From contig CAVTCA010000022.1 of NCBI GenBank assembly GCA_963733075.1, positions 41,709 through 105,708 of the forward strand: DNA of 64,000 nucleotides, in the 5' to 3' direction. Below the pieces are notes generated by a model. It made no database searches. It saw only the letters and a program-made list of their open reading frames with translations, and was not told the DNA's origin. The position numbers and the translations under genes are program-made. Below, in pieces: positions 61,838-64,000 of the stretch; position 1 is the first letter of the stretch, and the number at the start of each line of letters is the position of its first letter. Source of the stretch: an uncultured Solirubrobacterales bacterium. GTDB lineage: Bacteria > Actinomycetota > Thermoleophilia > Solirubrobacterales > 70-9.

Positions 61838-63982
61838 CTAGTCGCTAGTTGCTCGGTTGCCGAGGAAATTGGCGAGCAGGTGCTTGCCCTCGGGGGTGAG
61901 CACCGACTCGGGGTGGAACTGGACCCCGACCGCCGGCAGCTCGCGATGGCGAACCGCCATCACCACGTCCTCGAACGAGGCGGTGCGCTCGAGCGTCGCC
62001 GGCAGCTCCGGGTCGGCGACCAGCGAGTGATAGCGGCCGCCGCGAAGCGGGTTCGCGAGGCCGGCGAAGATGCCGGTGCCGTCGTGGGAGATCTGCGCGT
62101 CCTTGCCGTGGATCGGCTCTCCGCGGATCGTGCGGCCCCCGAACGCCTCGACCATCGCCTGGTGGCCGAGGCAGACGCCCAGGGTCGGGATCCCCGCCTC
62201 GGGGAAGGCGCGCGCGGCCTCGATCGAGATCCCGGCGTCCGCCGGCGTGCACGGCCCGGGCGAGATCACGAGCCGCTCGGGCCGGCGCTCGAGCAGCTCC
62301 GCCACCGTCGCCTTGTCGTTGCGGACCACCTCGACCTCGGCCCCGAGCTCGCCCAGGTACTGGACGAGGTTGTAGGTGAAGGAGTCGTAGTTGTCGAGTA
62401 CCAGAACTCTCATGCGCGAGCTCACCCCCACTCCGGCTGGCGCCTCCGCCAGCGCGACGGCCTCGAACATCGCCTTGGCCTTGTTGACGCTCTCAACGTA
62501 CTCGTACGCCGGCTTCGCGTCGGCGACCGTGCCGCCGCCGGCCTGCACGTGGACCCGGCCGTCCTTGACCACCGCGGTGCGGATGTGGATCGCGGTGTCG
62601 AGGTCGCCGGTGAAGCTGAGATAGCCGATCGCGCCGCCGTAGGAGCAGCGCTTGTGCGGCTCGAGCTCGTCGATGATCTGCATCGCGCGCACCTTCGGCG
62701 CGCCCGAGAGCGTGCCGGCGGGCAGCGTGGCGCGCAGGACGTCCATCGCACTCACGCCCTCACGCAGCCGGCCCGAGACCTGGCTGACGATGTGGAAGAC
62801 GTGCGAGTAGGTCTCGACCACCATGTACTCGTCGACGCTGACGCTGCCGTACTCGCAGACCCGGCCGAGATCGTTGCGGCCGAGGTCGACCAGCATCACG
62901 TGCTCGGCGCGCTCCTTCGGGTCGTCGAGCAGGGCCTCGGCCTGGGCGCGGTCCTCCTCCGCGTTCGCCCCGCGGGGGTAGGTGCCCGCGATCGGCCGGG
63001 TCTCGGCGCGGCGGCCGCTCACCTTGACGAGGGGCTCCGGCGAGGCGCCGGCGATCTGGAACTCGCCGAAGTCGAGGAAGTACATGTATGGCGAGGGGTT
63101 GACCGTGCGCAGGCCGCGGTAGATCGAGAACGCCTCGACCGTCGCCGGCGCCGTGAACCGCTGCGAGGGGACCACCTGGAAGGCGTCGCCGGCGTGCGTG
63201 TACTCGACGATCCGGGCCACGTTGGCCTCGAACTGCTCGCGGTTGAGGTTCGACGTCCAGGCTCCCTCGATCCGTTCGGGCTTGAACGAGCCCGGGGGCG
63301 GCTCGGCGCTCTCGACCTCGGGCCGCGGCCGGGGGGCGGGCACCGGGCCGCGGAGGACCTCCCGGGCCTCGTCGATGACCGCGAGCGCATGGTCGTAGGC
63401 GGTTTCGATCGCGATCCCGCCGCGGTCGCAGAAGGCGTAGCCGAGCACCGTCACCTCGTGCTTGAGGTGGTCGAAGGCGAGCATCAGCTCGCAGACCATC
63501 AGCGCCAGGTCGGGGAGCCCGAGCGGGTCGGCGTTGGGCGGGCCGAGCGGCTCGACGGTGCGCACCAGGTCGTAGCCGAAGAACCCGACCGCGCCGCCGG
63601 CGAACGGTGGCAGCCGCTCGGGCTCCGCGACGGTGAACCCGGCCAGCGTCTCGGCCACCGCGGCGTAGGGATCGGCGATGCTGCTCGTGACGAGCTCGCC
63701 GTCGCGCACCTGGGTCAGCGTGCCCTCGGCCCAGCGCAGCTCGATCCGCGGTCGAAAGCCGAGGAACGAGTAGCGGCCGAGCCGGCCCTGCTCGGCGGAC
63801 TCGAGCAGGAACGAGGAGCCGCCAAACGCCTCCCGCAGCTTCAGGAACGCGGAGACCGGGGTTTCGCAGTCGTCGACGAACCGGTAGGAGACCGGGATCA
63901 CGTTCGCCTCGCCGGCGAGCTCGCGGGCGCGGTCGAGGCCGGGCTCGATCGCCGGGCCGGACTCAGCGCCGACGACGGCCAT
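61838..63982 (-). CDS. trpE: anthranilate synthase component I, read in frame with a component II (glutamine amidotransferase) domain as sequenced
   Basis: Intact 714-aa ORF. TrpE blocks: ...FLLESAEQGRLGRYSFLG...GDAFQVVPSQRF...NPSPYMYFL...PAGTLSGAPKVRAMQIIDELE...YGGAIGY. Then MRVLVLDNYDSFTYNLVQYL...GVCLGHQ...VQFHPES (TrpG-type GATase). Confidence 0.9.
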   Translation of the reverse strand: MAVVGAESGPAIEPGLDRARELAGEANVIPVSYRFVDDCETPVSAFLKLREAFGGSSFLLESAEQGRLGRYSFLGFRPRIELRWAEGTLTQVRDGELVTSSIADPYAAVAETLAGFTVAEPERLPPFAGGAVGFFGYDLVRTVEPLGPPNADPLGLPDLALMVCELMLAFDHLKHEVTVLGYAFCDRGGIAIETAYDHALAVIDEAREVLRGPVPAPRPRPEVESAEPPPGSFKPERIEGAWTSNLNREQFEANVARIVEYTHAGDAFQVVPSQRFTAPATVEAFSIYRGLRTVNPSPYMYFLDFGEFQIAGASPEPLVKVSGRRAETRPIAGTYPRGANAEEDRAQAEALLDDPKERAEHVMLVDLGRNDLGRVCEYGSVSVDEYMVVETYSHVFHIVSQVSGRLREGVSAMDVLRATLPAGTLSGAPKVRAMQIIDELEPHKRCSYGGAIGYLSFTGDLDTAIHIRTAVVKDGRVHVQAGGGTVADAKPAYEYVESVNKAKAMFEAVALAEAPAGVGVSSRMRVLVLDNYDSFTYNLVQYLGELGAEVEVVRNDKATVAELLERRPERLVISPGPCTPADAGISIEAARAFPEAGIPTLGVCLGHQAMVEAFGGRTIRGEPIHGKDAQISHDGTGIFAGLANPLRGGRYHSLVADPELPATLERTASFEDVVMAVRHRELPAVGVQFHPESVLTPEGKHLLANFLGNRATSD

Positions 63983-64000
63983 TGAGGACCTCCAGGGCGG

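Overview
Very GC-rich, gene-dense, mostly minus-strand chromosomal segment with an actinobacterial-type core gene set. The taxon is inference from gene content only (Rex, DUF1844, ACT-malic enzyme, tsaEBD/rimI, H+-PPase). Recognised genes: two Trk regulators, two tandem APC-permease/USP paralogs, an FMN alpha-hydroxy-acid oxidase, two VOC/glyoxalase proteins, H+-pyrophosphatase, a secreted S8 protease, a YbdK-type ligase, a Grx-like gene plus rex, tsaD-rimI-tsaB and tsaE, UDG, panC-panB, uvrA and uvrB, and an envelope block (MFS, large polytopic protein, lytic transglycosylase). Also coaE-rpsA, an ECF sigma / Ser-Thr kinase / repeat-protein trio, polA, a DUF559 cassette, malic enzyme, pfkA, and a split trp cluster (trpE(G)-D-C ... 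trpF-B-A) interrupted by htrA and putA. I saw no rRNA, tRNA, CRISPR array, transposase, integrase or phage genes. The dominant anomaly is dozens of single-base frame disruptions inside highly conserved genes (uvrA, polA, rpsA, trpB, trpF, putA and others). Where I could resolve them they mostly sit at short homopolymers, and they are unevenly distributed. Coordinates below are therefore frame-merged gene spans, and several apparent domain fusions hinge on one base. I did not find a convincing novel multi-gene system. The best leads are: (1) the ECF sigma with a membrane/Gly-Ser tail, next to a non-RD kinase and a secreted Thr/Gly/Asp repeat protein; (2) a DUF559 gene bracketed by about 34-nt direct repeats; (3) a dispersed about 50-nt repeat family sitting on stop codons; (4) a 7-nt tandem repeat inside a reductase gene; (5) a Grx-like gene coupled to rex.
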